Assembly: GCA_018829485.1 (NCBI GenBank)
Contig: JAHJTU010000086.1
Coordinates: 1-33,061, forward strand
Length of the DNA stretch: 33,061 nucleotides
Origin: Nanobdellota archaeon
GTDB taxonomy: Archaea; Nanobdellota; Nanobdellia; Pacearchaeales; UBA12030
Direction of reading: 5' to 3'
The notes beneath the pieces are model-generated. The model was not told the DNA's origin, searched no databases, and saw only the letters and a list, made by a program, of their open reading frames with translations. A program made the position numbers and the translations under genes. Shown one piece after another: positions 8,283 through 16,253 of the stretch; within the stretch, counting starts at the first letter, position 1, and each line of letters starts with the position of its first letter.

Positions 8283-8390
8283 GGTTTTTTTAAGAATTTC
8301 ACATATATAAATTTAGTTATTAATTATTATTCCAGGGTTTAAAAAGAAAAATATATAAACCTTTTCTCACTGATATAGGATATCGGTAAA

Positions 8391-8660
8391 ATGTTAAAAA
8401 TAAAAAAAGTGAGTGACATAATCGGCCTTAAAGTCTTTACTGACAATGGAGAAGTCTTTGGAGAAGTTGAAGAAGCTAACCTTGTAGAGAACAAAGTAGA
8501 TTCATGGAGAATAAGGATTAATAGAAACACTAACTTGGCATCCACCTTTGGAAGTGCTAAAGGTGTTATTATTCCACATAACTTTGTTAAGGCCATTGGA
8601 GATGTTGTTATAATCAACAAGACAGCAATACCTACAAGGGAACCTGAAGAAACTGAATAA
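8391..8660 (+). CDS. PRC-barrel domain protein
   Basis: 89 aa. VSDIIGLKVFTDNGEVFGEVEEANLVENKVDSWRI...GVIIPHNFVKAIGDVVII is typical of small archaeal PRC-barrel proteins. Confidence 0.75.
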   Translation: MLKIKKVSDIIGLKVFTDNGEVFGEVEEANLVENKVDSWRIRINRNTNLASTFGSAKGVIIPHNFVKAIGDVVIINKTAIPTREPEETE

Positions 8661-8685
8661 TAAAAAAGAGGATTAAAAGGCAGAA

Positions 8686-9195
8686 ATGCCATTACAAATT
8701 TTAGTACAAAACAGTGAACCCACTTTATTAGAGCAAGCAATGTTAATGCTGCAAAGGCTAGGATTCTTTCAAATTATTATACCGTTTGTTTTAATTTTCG
8801 CTGTTATTTTTGCTATTTTAGAAAAGAGTAAATTACTTGGAGAAGATAAGAGGTCTGTTAATGCTATTGTAGCTTTAGTAATTGCAATGTCTGCTACTGG
8901 TGCAGTAATGGTTACTGGAATTATTAGCACTATGATTCCTTTGGTGGTATTAGGAATTATTGTTTTGCTTTTGTTTTTCCTTATGTATGGTTTATTTGCA
9001 GGTGAATTATCAAGTGTTGGGCCTGGATTAAAAATAAGCTTGGGAATAGGTGCAGGAATTGCAGTTGCATTAATATTCTTGTATGCTGCTAATTTATTCA
9101 AGTATATGACTGGGGAAGTTATTGGAATGGTGTTGCTTATTGCAATTGTTATTGCTGTTATTGGTGTTGTTGTTGGTGTAAGTTCAAAGAACTAA
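8686..9195 (+). CDS. Polytopic membrane protein, paralog 1 of 3 (unknown family)
   Basis: Shares IIPFVLIFAVIFAILEKSKLLGEDKRSVNAIVALVIA with the next gene. 4-5 TM helices. Confidence 0.7.
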   Translation: MPLQILVQNSEPTLLEQAMLMLQRLGFFQIIIPFVLIFAVIFAILEKSKLLGEDKRSVNAIVALVIAMSATGAVMVTGIISTMIPLVVLGIIVLLLFFLMYGLFAGELSSVGPGLKISLGIGAGIAVALIFLYAANLFKYMTGEVIGMVLLIAIVIAVIGVVVGVSSKN

Positions 9196-9250
9196 AAGAA
9201 TAAAGCCAATAAGAAAATTTAAAAAGAGATAAAACACTTTAATAAGAAAG

Positions 9251-9817
9251 ATGGTATTGAATATTTTTGCACAATATGGAGGAGGATTTTTAGATTTCAG
9301 ATTTGTGTTGGAAATGTGGAGGAGTGCTGGATTATTTGATGTAGTCTTACCATTCATACTTATTTTCGCTGTCATCTTTGCTATACTTGAAAAGAGCAAA
9401 GTTTTAGGACAAAATAAAGCAGTTCATGCAATTGTTTCACTTGCATTAGCATTTTTTGCAATATCAAATCCTTGGTTGAATGGATTTTTTGCAATACTTT
9501 TCTCAAATGCAGCAATAGGTTTTGCAATACTTCTTGTAGTAATTTTATTTTTGGGATTTTTTATAACAGATAACCAGCAAACATGGTGGGTCTGGGTTGG
9601 AGGAATTTTCGCAGTTGCAATATTTTTCTGGGTATTAAGCAGAAGCTTACAAGAATCTGGAATGATTGTTGATGTTTATGGGTGGCTTTATAGCAATCCC
9701 TTTTTGGGAAGTTTAATTGTTTATGGAATTCCAGTAATATTAATGATAATTGCAGTTATATTTGCACCAGCTTGGACTGAACCAAAAGGTATAAGTATTA
9801 AAGGTATAAAAGGATAA
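9251..9817 (+). CDS. Polytopic membrane protein, paralog 2 of 3
   Basis: VLPFILIFAVIFAILEKSKVLGQNKAVHAIVSLALA matches paralog 1. Confidence 0.7.
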   Translation: MVLNIFAQYGGGFLDFRFVLEMWRSAGLFDVVLPFILIFAVIFAILEKSKVLGQNKAVHAIVSLALAFFAISNPWLNGFFAILFSNAAIGFAILLVVILFLGFFITDNQQTWWVWVGGIFAVAIFFWVLSRSLQESGMIVDVYGWLYSNPFLGSLIVYGIPVILMIIAVIFAPAWTEPKGISIKGIKG

Positions 9818-9846
9818 ATATTAAATAAGTATCAAAATAAGATAAA

Positions 9847-10416
9847 ATGATTCACTTTCTTGTACAAGCAGCAGAAGAAGAGTTAATGTTAAACACAGCT
9901 TTGCTAAAATTCTTTATGCCTGTTTTTATTTTTATGTTTGTTTTTGCATTAATGTATGCTTTGCTTATTAAAACAAAAATAATAGGGGATTCACCATTTC
10001 CTGTTCTTGTAATGTCTTTTGTTATTGCAATAGTTTTTGTTGTAACGCCAGCTGCATTTAAATTTACAAATATAATAACACCATGGCTTGTTGTTTTTAT
10101 AATCTCATTATTATTTATCTTTTTGATTTTATCTTGGTTGGAAGTCTATAAATTTGGTGGAGAAGGATTTGGAGCAGCAGTAGGAAATACATGGGTTGCT
10201 TGGCTTGTTTTTGTTGTAATTCTTGCAATTTTCATTTTCGCAGGAATAGCAACTTTTGGACCAATGCTTTCTCCTGTTGCAGGAACTGAATCTTCATCAG
10301 GAATTATAGGAGAAGGAGTAAAAGCAACATTATTCCATCCAGCAATTCTTGGATTAGCTTTATTATTTGTTATTGCAGCTGTAACTTCTTGGGTTATTGG
10401 AATAAAAGGCAAGTAA
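9847..10416 (+). CDS. Polytopic membrane protein, paralog 3 of 3 (more diverged)
   Basis: FMPVFIFMFVFALMYALLIKTKIIGDSPFPVLVMSFVIAIV aligns with the same motif. Similar length and topology. Confidence 0.65.
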   Translation: MIHFLVQAAEEELMLNTALLKFFMPVFIFMFVFALMYALLIKTKIIGDSPFPVLVMSFVIAIVFVVTPAAFKFTNIITPWLVVFIISLLFIFLILSWLEVYKFGGEGFGAAVGNTWVAWLVFVVILAIFIFAGIATFGPMLSPVAGTESSSGIIGEGVKATLFHPAILGLALLFVIAAVTSWVIGIKGK

Positions 10417-10447
10417 AATTTTTTAGAATTCTTATTATCCCTTTTCT

Positions 10448-10942
10448 TTACTTGTATACTGCTATCATTGGTCTTAGAAATATATCTTTTTTTGTTTTTG
10501 GATATGGGCCATAGTAATCCATCCAAACAATAAGAAAATCATCTTTTCTTAATTTTCTTCTTTTGCCAATTTCTGGGTCTTGTAAATATATGTGCTCTTT
10601 ATCTAATCCAATAACAACAGAATAATGTCCGTCAGCTGTAATACTTTCAGCATCTCCTTTTTTTCCTTTAGTATACCAACCAATAACAACTGGAATTCCT
10701 TTTTTTAAGTACTTGTTTAAATCTGAGAAATTTGAATTTACTTTTGTTTTTGTTTTCAATCCAAAATATTTGAATGCTTTTTCCAAATCTACTATTTCAG
10801 TTCCATGTTTTTCATGTGTTTTAGCAATTTTTGCAATAACCTTTTCAGAGATTTTTATTTTATAAAATTTGAGAATCATCTTTAAAACAGCTGGACCACA
10901 ACTGATAGTTTGTGTATATGGTTTAATTTTTAGAAATCCCAT
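10448..10942 (-). CDS. Stand-alone peptidase C39-like (papain-fold cysteine peptidase) domain protein
   Basis: Candidate catalytic Cys in QTISCGPAVLKMIL, His in DGHYSVVIGL and a following DP, in the order typical of C39-like domains. No ABC-transporter part. Confidence 0.65.
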   Translation of the reverse strand: MGFLKIKPYTQTISCGPAVLKMILKFYKIKISEKVIAKIAKTHEKHGTEIVDLEKAFKYFGLKTKTKVNSNFSDLNKYLKKGIPVVIGWYTKGKKGDAESITADGHYSVVIGLDKEHIYLQDPEIGKRRKLRKDDFLIVWMDYYGPYPKTKKDIFLRPMIAVYK

Positions 10943-10944
10943 CT

Positions 10945-11721
10945 TTATTTATTCTTTTTTGCTCTATGTTTTTCAACTTTGTCTGCTGCGCTTTTTACTT
11001 CTTTAGAATGCTTCATTAATGGCTGCATTATTCCTGAAAATGCTCTTTCCATTGCTTTAACATCTGTTCCCAAGTCTTTAACACCCTTGCCATATTCATT
11101 TACTTTTTCAAGCATTGCTGCATGAATATTCATTAAAGAATTATCAATCTTGTCAATTCTTTTTTCTATTCTGTCAATTTCTCTATCTACTCTTTCTTTC
11201 CATCCTTGAACATCACCAATTTTTTCCATAAATGCTCTCCATCTTTCTTCTATAATACTTTCAGCAATTTCTTCAAATGCTTCTGTTGTATAGCCTTGTT
11301 CATAACCAGGATATTCTTGTTCAGATTCATATTGCTGCTGTTCTTGTTGCTCTGGCTGTGTTTCAGGATAATAATTATAATCTTGCTGCTGTCCATAATC
11401 ATATTCTTGCTCATTTTGTTCAGGATATTGTGAAGGTCCTGGAACAAATTCATTCATTCCTTGTTCTGGCATTTGTCTTGGTGTGCCTTGCGGCATTCCT
11501 GACATTCTTGTTGGCTCTTGGGGTGACCTTTGAGATGGCATTGGAGCATCAGGCACTTCAGAGAACTCATCTGATCTTATTGATTGCTTAACTCTGGCTT
11601 GATTAAAGGCATCATTAACATCCTTATCAGTGTAACCCTGCTCTCTTAATCTTCTAATAATCTCTCCATCATTCATACCTGTTTTTTGCATCTCCAAGAC
11701 AAGTTTTGTTGGTGCTGGCAT
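10945..11721 (-). CDS. Hypothetical protein: small N-terminal helical domain, Q/E/Y/P-rich low-complexity linker, C-terminal coiled coil
   Basis: About 100 aa of PQ/EQ/Y-rich sequence (QEYDYGQQQDYNYYPETQPEQQEQQQYESEQEYPGYEQGY), then heptad-like REIDRIEKRIDKIDNSL. Stop is 2 nt from the C39-like gene start. Confidence 0.7.
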   Translation of the reverse strand: MPAPTKLVLEMQKTGMNDGEIIRRLREQGYTDKDVNDAFNQARVKQSIRSDEFSEVPDAPMPSQRSPQEPTRMSGMPQGTPRQMPEQGMNEFVPGPSQYPEQNEQEYDYGQQQDYNYYPETQPEQQEQQQYESEQEYPGYEQGYTTEAFEEIAESIIEERWRAFMEKIGDVQGWKERVDREIDRIEKRIDKIDNSLMNIHAAMLEKVNEYGKGVKDLGTDVKAMERAFSGIMQPLMKHSKEVKSAADKVEKHRAKKNK

Positions 11722-11767
11722 TTTCTCTTTTTTCTTTTTACCTCTTTTTTCTTAATTTTTATCCTTT

Positions 11768-12154
11768 TTATTCTTCTCTCTTTTTCTTTCTTAGTATTCT
11801 CTCAACACTTTCTTCTAATTCCTCTGATGTTACAAACTTTAATGGTTCAAACAACTTAAAATATTTTTCTACTACTGCTAATTCCTCTTTTCTTGCAAAA
11901 TCCTCATGCTGTGATACAAGACTTTCTATTCTACTATTTAATCTTTGCAATTCTAGCTTCAAGTCCTTATTTTCTTCCTGTAACAAAGACATCTCTTTTT
12001 CTAATTCCCTCTCTCTTTTAACAAAATTCTGAGTAAGTATAAGAACCCTCTCCTTTAACAAATTTATTTTTTCTTCTAAAGCCTTCACTCTACTCGCAAA
12101 ATCAGATAATAAAGCAGAGATAGCATTTACATCAGCCATATCTTTTTTAGGCAA
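11768..12154 (-). CDS. Coiled-coil protein, hypothetical
   Basis: 128 aa with strongly heptad-like sequence (ALEEKINLLKERV...LQEENKDLKLELQRLNSRIESL). First gene of a three-gene minus-strand operon divergent from the ATPase. Confidence 0.65.
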   Translation of the reverse strand: MPKKDMADVNAISALLSDFASRVKALEEKINLLKERVLILTQNFVKRERELEKEMSLLQEENKDLKLELQRLNSRIESLVSQHEDFARKEELAVVEKYFKLFEPLKFVTSEELEESVERILRKKKREE

Positions 12155-12250
12155 GTACGCATTTTAAATCTTATGTTTGTTTCTATTTGATAAAAAGAAA
12201 AAATTAAATATGCAGTTTATTTAATTTAGGAAAAGAAGAATAAGAAAAAG

Positions 12251-14491
12251 ATGCTTTTTAAGACTGGTACAAAACTTTTTGGTTATGAAGTTGTAAAAGA
12301 AGGACAGGAAAATCTCATGTATATTAATTGCTTTGGATATGCATTAGTTCCAAGTATTTCTGATGATGCTGCAATGATGGCACGTGTTATTGACAATTTA
12401 ATTGAAAATCCTGGAACAAGCAGAGTAATACTTTCACAACAGAAGAATTATGTTTACAGCCATGAAGAAACACAAATATTAATTGAAGTTGCAAATATTT
12501 ACACTTACTTGATAAGAGAAGAGAGAATTCTTGGTATGGAGAATATAAGAAATGATAAACTTGGAATGTTGAATTACCTTACTCTTACATTATTAAGATC
12601 TGATCCAATTGGCTGTTATGTTATGGCTAATAGATTAATTAGAGAAGAAAAAACACTTTCAAGAATAAAAGATTCTGAATATTTGAGAAGATTATCAAAA
12701 ATTTATGAATTGCTTGATAAAAGCTCTTTGATAAGAAGTGTAAAAGATAGATTAGCTGGATTTAAAGTTGGTACAAGACAAATTTATTATAACTTGTTCA
12801 GGCCAGATGTATTGCCTAATTTTACATTTACAAGATTAGTTTCTGAATTACCTATGGATGCAGAGATTATTGATGAATATTCTATTGGACAAGGAGAAGA
12901 AAAAAGTGATGTTACTATTTTGAAAAAAAAGGATGAAGTAAAACATTTTTACCATATAATGCCCCCAGAATTTAAGTTAGATGAAGATTCTTTAATGCTT
13001 CTTGATATTGCAAAACAAGTTCTTTTAGAGCATAGGCCAAGAGCAGAAGAATTTCTTGATCCTGACAGAATGAGACAAGTTTTCTTTAATATTGCAAGAG
13101 ATTTGCTTACTGAACTTGCACAGAGCAAAAGAATTAATTTAGATTATAAAGAATTATTAAAGCTTGCAAGAATTTTAGTAAGATATACTGTTGGTTTTGG
13201 TTTGATAGAGATTTTATTGCTTGATGATAAATTGCAAGATATTGTTATTAATGCCCCAATTGGATTAACACAGATTTTTGTAAGACATGCTGATTATGAT
13301 GAATGTGTTACAAATATTATGCCTTCACAAGAAGATGCTGAAAGTTGGGCTGCTAAATTTAGAATGATTTCTGGAAGACCTTTAGATGAAGCACATCCTG
13401 TTTTAGATACTGAACTTACTGTGCAGAATATAAGTGCAAGAGTAAGTATTATTCAAGAGCCATTAAGTCCTTATGGATTAGCATATGCAATTAGAAGATT
13501 CAGAGAAAAGCCTTGGACTTTACCTTTGTTTGTAAAAATAGGAATGATGAGTCCTCTTGCTGCTGGCTTGTTTTCATTTTTAATTGATGGAAGCAGAACA
13601 ATGTTAATTGCAGGAACAAGAAGTTCTGGAAAAACATCTTTGCTTGGAAGTTTATTATTTGAGTTAATGCCAAAATACAGAGTAATTGTTATTGAAGATA
13701 CATTAGAATTGCCAGTTGAAGCATTAAGAAAGCTTGGTTATGATGTGCAAAGAATGAAAGTAAGAGCTGCATTACTAAAAGAAACAACAGAAGTTGCAGC
13801 TGATGAAGGTATTAGAACATCATTAAGACTTGGAGACAGTGTTTTAATTATTGGTGAAGTTAGAAGTCTAGAAGCAAAAGCATTATATGAAGCAATGAGA
13901 GTTGGTGCATTGGCAAATACAGTAGCAGGAACTATTCATGGTGCAAGTCCGTATGCTATTTTTGATAGAGTTGTAAATGATTTGCAAGTGCCAGTTACAA
14001 GTTTTAAAGCAACTGATATTATTGCAGTTGCTAATCCAATTAAATCACCAGATGGAATGCATTCTTGGAGAAGATTAGTACAAATAAGTGAAGTTAGAAA
14101 AAATTGGAAAGAAGATCCTTTAGCTGAAAAAGGATTTGTTGATTTAATGAAATACAATGCTGAGAAAGATGAACTTGAACCAACAGATGAATTAATTAAT
14201 GGGGAATCTGAAACTTTGAAATCAATTGCAGGAAATGTAAAAGAATGGGCAGGTAATTGGGATGCAATATGGGATAATATTCAATTAAGAGCAAAAATTA
14301 AAGAAACACTTGTGCGACATGGAGATAAAATTCCTGATTTGCTTGAAGCTCCATTTATTGTAAAATCAAATAATGCATTTCATAATCTTTCTGATTCTGT
14401 TTTAAGAGAACATGGAAGTTTAGACAGCAAAAGAATCTTTGAAGAATGGAATGAATGGCTCAGAAGAGAAATTAAGAGAGCGAAGGTTTAG
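12251..14491 (+). CDS. Archaeal type IV pilus/archaellum-type secretion ATPase (PilB/FlaI/VirB11 superfamily) with a long N-terminal extension
   Basis: Walker A IAGTRSSGKTSLL, Walker B/Asp box RVIVIEDTLELP, His box AGTIHGASP. About 440 aa of N-terminal domain precede the ATPase core. Confidence 0.9.
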   Translation: MLFKTGTKLFGYEVVKEGQENLMYINCFGYALVPSISDDAAMMARVIDNLIENPGTSRVILSQQKNYVYSHEETQILIEVANIYTYLIREERILGMENIRNDKLGMLNYLTLTLLRSDPIGCYVMANRLIREEKTLSRIKDSEYLRRLSKIYELLDKSSLIRSVKDRLAGFKVGTRQIYYNLFRPDVLPNFTFTRLVSELPMDAEIIDEYSIGQGEEKSDVTILKKKDEVKHFYHIMPPEFKLDEDSLMLLDIAKQVLLEHRPRAEEFLDPDRMRQVFFNIARDLLTELAQSKRINLDYKELLKLARILVRYTVGFGLIEILLLDDKLQDIVINAPIGLTQIFVRHADYDECVTNIMPSQEDAESWAAKFRMISGRPLDEAHPVLDTELTVQNISARVSIIQEPLSPYGLAYAIRRFREKPWTLPLFVKIGMMSPLAAGLFSFLIDGSRTMLIAGTRSSGKTSLLGSLLFELMPKYRVIVIEDTLELPVEALRKLGYDVQRMKVRAALLKETTEVAADEGIRTSLRLGDSVLIIGEVRSLEAKALYEAMRVGALANTVAGTIHGASPYAIFDRVVNDLQVPVTSFKATDIIAVANPIKSPDGMHSWRRLVQISEVRKNWKEDPLAEKGFVDLMKYNAEKDELEPTDELINGESETLKSIAGNVKEWAGNWDAIWDNIQLRAKIKETLVRHGDKIPDLLEAPFIVKSNNAFHNLSDSVLREHGSLDSKRIFEEWNEWLRREIKRAKV
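14454..14490 (+). repeat. Direct repeat copy 1 (3' end of the ATPase CDS)
   Basis: aatggctcagaagagaaattaagagagcgaaggttta recurs at 15821-15857 with one synonymous mismatch. Confidence 0.9.
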
Positions 14492-14506
14492 AGATTGAAA
14501 TTTTTA

Positions 14507-14725
14507 TCATAATCTGATAACTAAATTTTTTACAGAATTGACTAAGATTCTAATTTCCTCTAAATCCTTTCTCGATTTTTCTGTATAATCAGTCCAACCA
14601 CCACCGCCCGGTGGAGAATATTTTAACCAACGACTTTCTAGTATGCTTATAATATTTTCCATATCTTTTGTATGTATCAAAATATTATTCAAGAGGTTTA
14701 TTGTCTCTTTTTTTGTTCTATCCAT
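14507..14725 (-). CDS. Small hypothetical protein in the cassette
   Basis: 72 aa from ATG 14725 (MDRTKKETINLL...PPGGGGWTDY...). The ORF-track start is a TTG two codons upstream. A TA-repeat TATA element lies about 21 nt upstream. Confidence 0.5.
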   Translation of the reverse strand: MDRTKKETINLLNNILIHTKDMENIISILESRWLKYSPPGGGGWTDYTEKSRKDLEEIRILVNSVKNLVIRL

Positions 14726-14771
14726 CCCCAAACCACAAATCCCATATATATATATTTAACGATTTTTAGAA

Positions 14772-15257
14772 TTAATTTATTATTTCTTTGAAGGTTTTCC
14801 TGTATTCTTGGATACGTTCATTTGTTAACTTTGAAATAAAATCAGAGATTTCACTATTGAATATATCTGCCTTTTTTATTGCATCTTTAACTTCTTCTTT
14901 TGTTATAGAGAAATTAATATAATATTGCTTGTCAATTCTTTCTCTTTTTGCAGTTAAAATTTCATTATTATTTTGGTTGAATAATCTTTTTAGAAGAACA
15001 ATAGATGCAAGATGGTTTTCTGATTTTATTCCTATTTTGAAAAGCAATGCAGTTAAAAGATGATACATGCTGTAATAAACCAATGATATAGATTCTTCAA
15101 GTTTATTGCTATTTAAAAGTATTTTTGCAGAACCCATATTGCTTTCAGATTTTTTAATATAAGCTTTCTTAACTTCTTCACTAGGTTCAACAAGTTCAAG
15201 TTTCCCCTCTTTTATTAATTTATTCAAAAAATTTGTTTTTTTCATAATATTTTTCAA
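14772..15257 (-). CDS. HEPN-domain protein (toxin-like partner of the adjacent nucleotidyltransferase)
   Basis: All-helical, about 160 aa, with AKRERIDKQYY resembling the conserved R..(D)Y region of HEPN proteins. It overlaps the end of the upstream NTase gene, the classic MNT-HEPN pair layout. Confidence 0.65.
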   Translation of the reverse strand: MKNIMKKTNFLNKLIKEGKLELVEPSEEVKKAYIKKSESNMGSAKILLNSNKLEESISLVYYSMYHLLTALLFKIGIKSENHLASIVLLKRLFNQNNNEILTAKRERIDKQYYINFSITKEEVKDAIKKADIFNSEISDFISKLTNERIQEYRKTFKEIIN

Positions 15258-15768
15258 CCCCCTTTATAATGATATGGTTTTTTTCAATCTCTTTAATCAA
15301 TAAATTCTCTTTATCATATTTTCCTATTTTAACATTTATTCTTGCATCTATCTTTTCTAAGTCATGTTTAATTTGTTTTTTATTTGTTTCTACATATATG
15401 TCTATATCACTTTCTTTTTTAGGAATTCCTTTAGCATAAGAACCAAATAATATTGCAAGACTTATTCTTTTGTCTTCTTTTATCTTTTCTATAATGCTTC
15501 TTAATGTGGGATATTTTTTTAATATTTTTGTTAAGTTATAATTTTCTGTTGTAAAAACATAACTTTTAGCTTCTATTGTGTTTTTTAGAAAATATATCTT
15601 GTTTCTACCTTCTTCTTGATAATCTACCACATTCTCATTTGTGAGTTCTTTTAGTTTTCTGATTATAATGGTGTGGTTAGTGCCTAAGTTTTTTGCAATC
15701 AACCTAGCATGTTTTTTACTTTTTACTAATTCATTAATTATTTCTAATTTGTAATCTTTTTGTTCCAT
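15220..15768 (-). CDS. Winged-HTH fused to a minimal nucleotidyltransferase (MNT) domain
   Basis: NTase signature LFGSYAKGIPKKESDIDIYV (GSx9-10 DxD). N-terminal HTH-like KHARLIAKNLGTNHTIIIRKLKELTNENVV. ATG at 15768; the ORF-track start at 15777 is a TTG. Confidence 0.8.
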   Translation of the reverse strand: MEQKDYKLEIINELVKSKKHARLIAKNLGTNHTIIIRKLKELTNENVVDYQEEGRNKIYFLKNTIEAKSYVFTTENYNLTKILKKYPTLRSIIEKIKEDKRISLAILFGSYAKGIPKKESDIDIYVETNKKQIKHDLEKIDARINVKIGKYDKENLLIKEIEKNHIIIKGVEKYYEKNKFFE

Positions 15769-15788
15769 ATGGAACAAATATGTTCCAT
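15761..15788. promoter_or_regulatory. Operator-like palindrome plus a third half-site over the MNT start codon
   Basis: TGTTCCATATGGAACA is a perfect 16-nt palindrome (15761-15776). TGTTCCAT occurs again at 15781-15788. Both lie between the TATA (TTTAAATA, minus strand, 15791-15798) and the ATG. Confidence 0.55.
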
Positions 15789-15820
15789 AGTATTTAAATG
15801 TTACTGTTTCTTGGAAGAAA

Positions 15821-15857
15821 AATGGCTAAGAAGAGAAATTAAGAGAGCGAAGGTTTA
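15821..15857 (+). repeat. Direct repeat copy 2 (orphan relic of an ATPase 3' end)
   Basis: 36/37 identical to 14454-14490. The mismatch (ctc to cta) is synonymous. The stop codon is TAA instead of TAG. Confidence 0.9.
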
Positions 15858-16148
15858 AGAATAAGCTAATTTTTCACAAAAACTCTTTATAAGACTTATT
15901 GCAATAAGGTGGTTTCTTTTATCAAATTCTGTTGCAAGAATTAAGTCTTTAACATGGTTAATTCCTTTTAATGCTTGTTTATAGTTTCTTTTTTTAATTA
16001 ATTCTATTACATTCTTTAAAGCTATTACAGCTGCATTAAGATTCTCATAAACTTCCTTATTACGTCTTTCATAATATTTTGCTTCATTAATTAATCTTTG
16101 TAATAAATCAGAAGTTTGTGTCAAAAGCCTCTTTTCATTATCTACCAT
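15855..16148 (-). CDS. Small helical hypothetical protein
   Basis: 97 aa, predicted all-alpha. Its stop codon overlaps the stop of the relic ATPase end. A TATA-like GTATATAAG lies about 22-29 nt upstream of its ATG. Confidence 0.55.
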   Translation of the reverse strand: MVDNEKRLLTQTSDLLQRLINEAKYYERRNKEVYENLNAAVIALKNVIELIKKRNYKQALKGINHVKDLILATEFDKRNHLIAISLIKSFCEKLAYS

Positions 16149-16253
16149 AAGAAACTTAACAAATAAAAGTATATAAGTTTTATTACACAGGCAAAGGATT
16201 TAAAATATGGTTTTCTTTTTATTCTTGTATAAAAGAAAGAGGAATGCAAGGGA

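Larger units (their letters stand above)
14491..15857. mobile_element. About 1.3-kb inserted cassette (small ORF + HEPN + wHTH-nucleotidyltransferase) bounded by a duplicated ATPase 3' end
   Basis: 37-nt direct repeats (36/37 identical) flank the cassette. The distal copy still encodes ...FLEEKWLRREIKRAKV*, compared with ...FEEWNEWLRREIKRAKV* at the real ATPase C terminus. No recombinase lies inside. Confidence 0.6.

Noticed and set aside
8339-8740. 133-aa minus-strand ORF covering the PRC-barrel gene.
   Set aside because: The plus-strand 89-aa product has a recognisable PRC-barrel sequence and a promoter. The antisense product is featureless.
8769-10526. Minus-strand ORFs 8769-9101, 9184-9399 and 10146-10526 opposite the three membrane-protein paralogs.
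   Set aside because: The plus-strand genes are mutually paralogous with a conserved motif, which validates that strand. The antisense ORFs are not conserved among the three copies.
11250-11480. Possible tandem DNA repeat or microsatellite in the Q/E/Y-rich region.
   Set aside because: The repetition is at the amino-acid composition level (imperfect CAA/CAG/GAA/TAT codons). No exact nucleotide repeat unit could be traced.
11206-12032. Several ORFs (11206-11433, 11250-11453, 11277-11591, 11706-12032) overlapping the Q/E-rich and coiled-coil genes.
   Set aside because: Long open frames on both strands are expected in biased CAG/GAA/CTT-rich sequence. Only the minus-strand frames give a coherent domain, linker and coiled-coil architecture with operon-like spacing.
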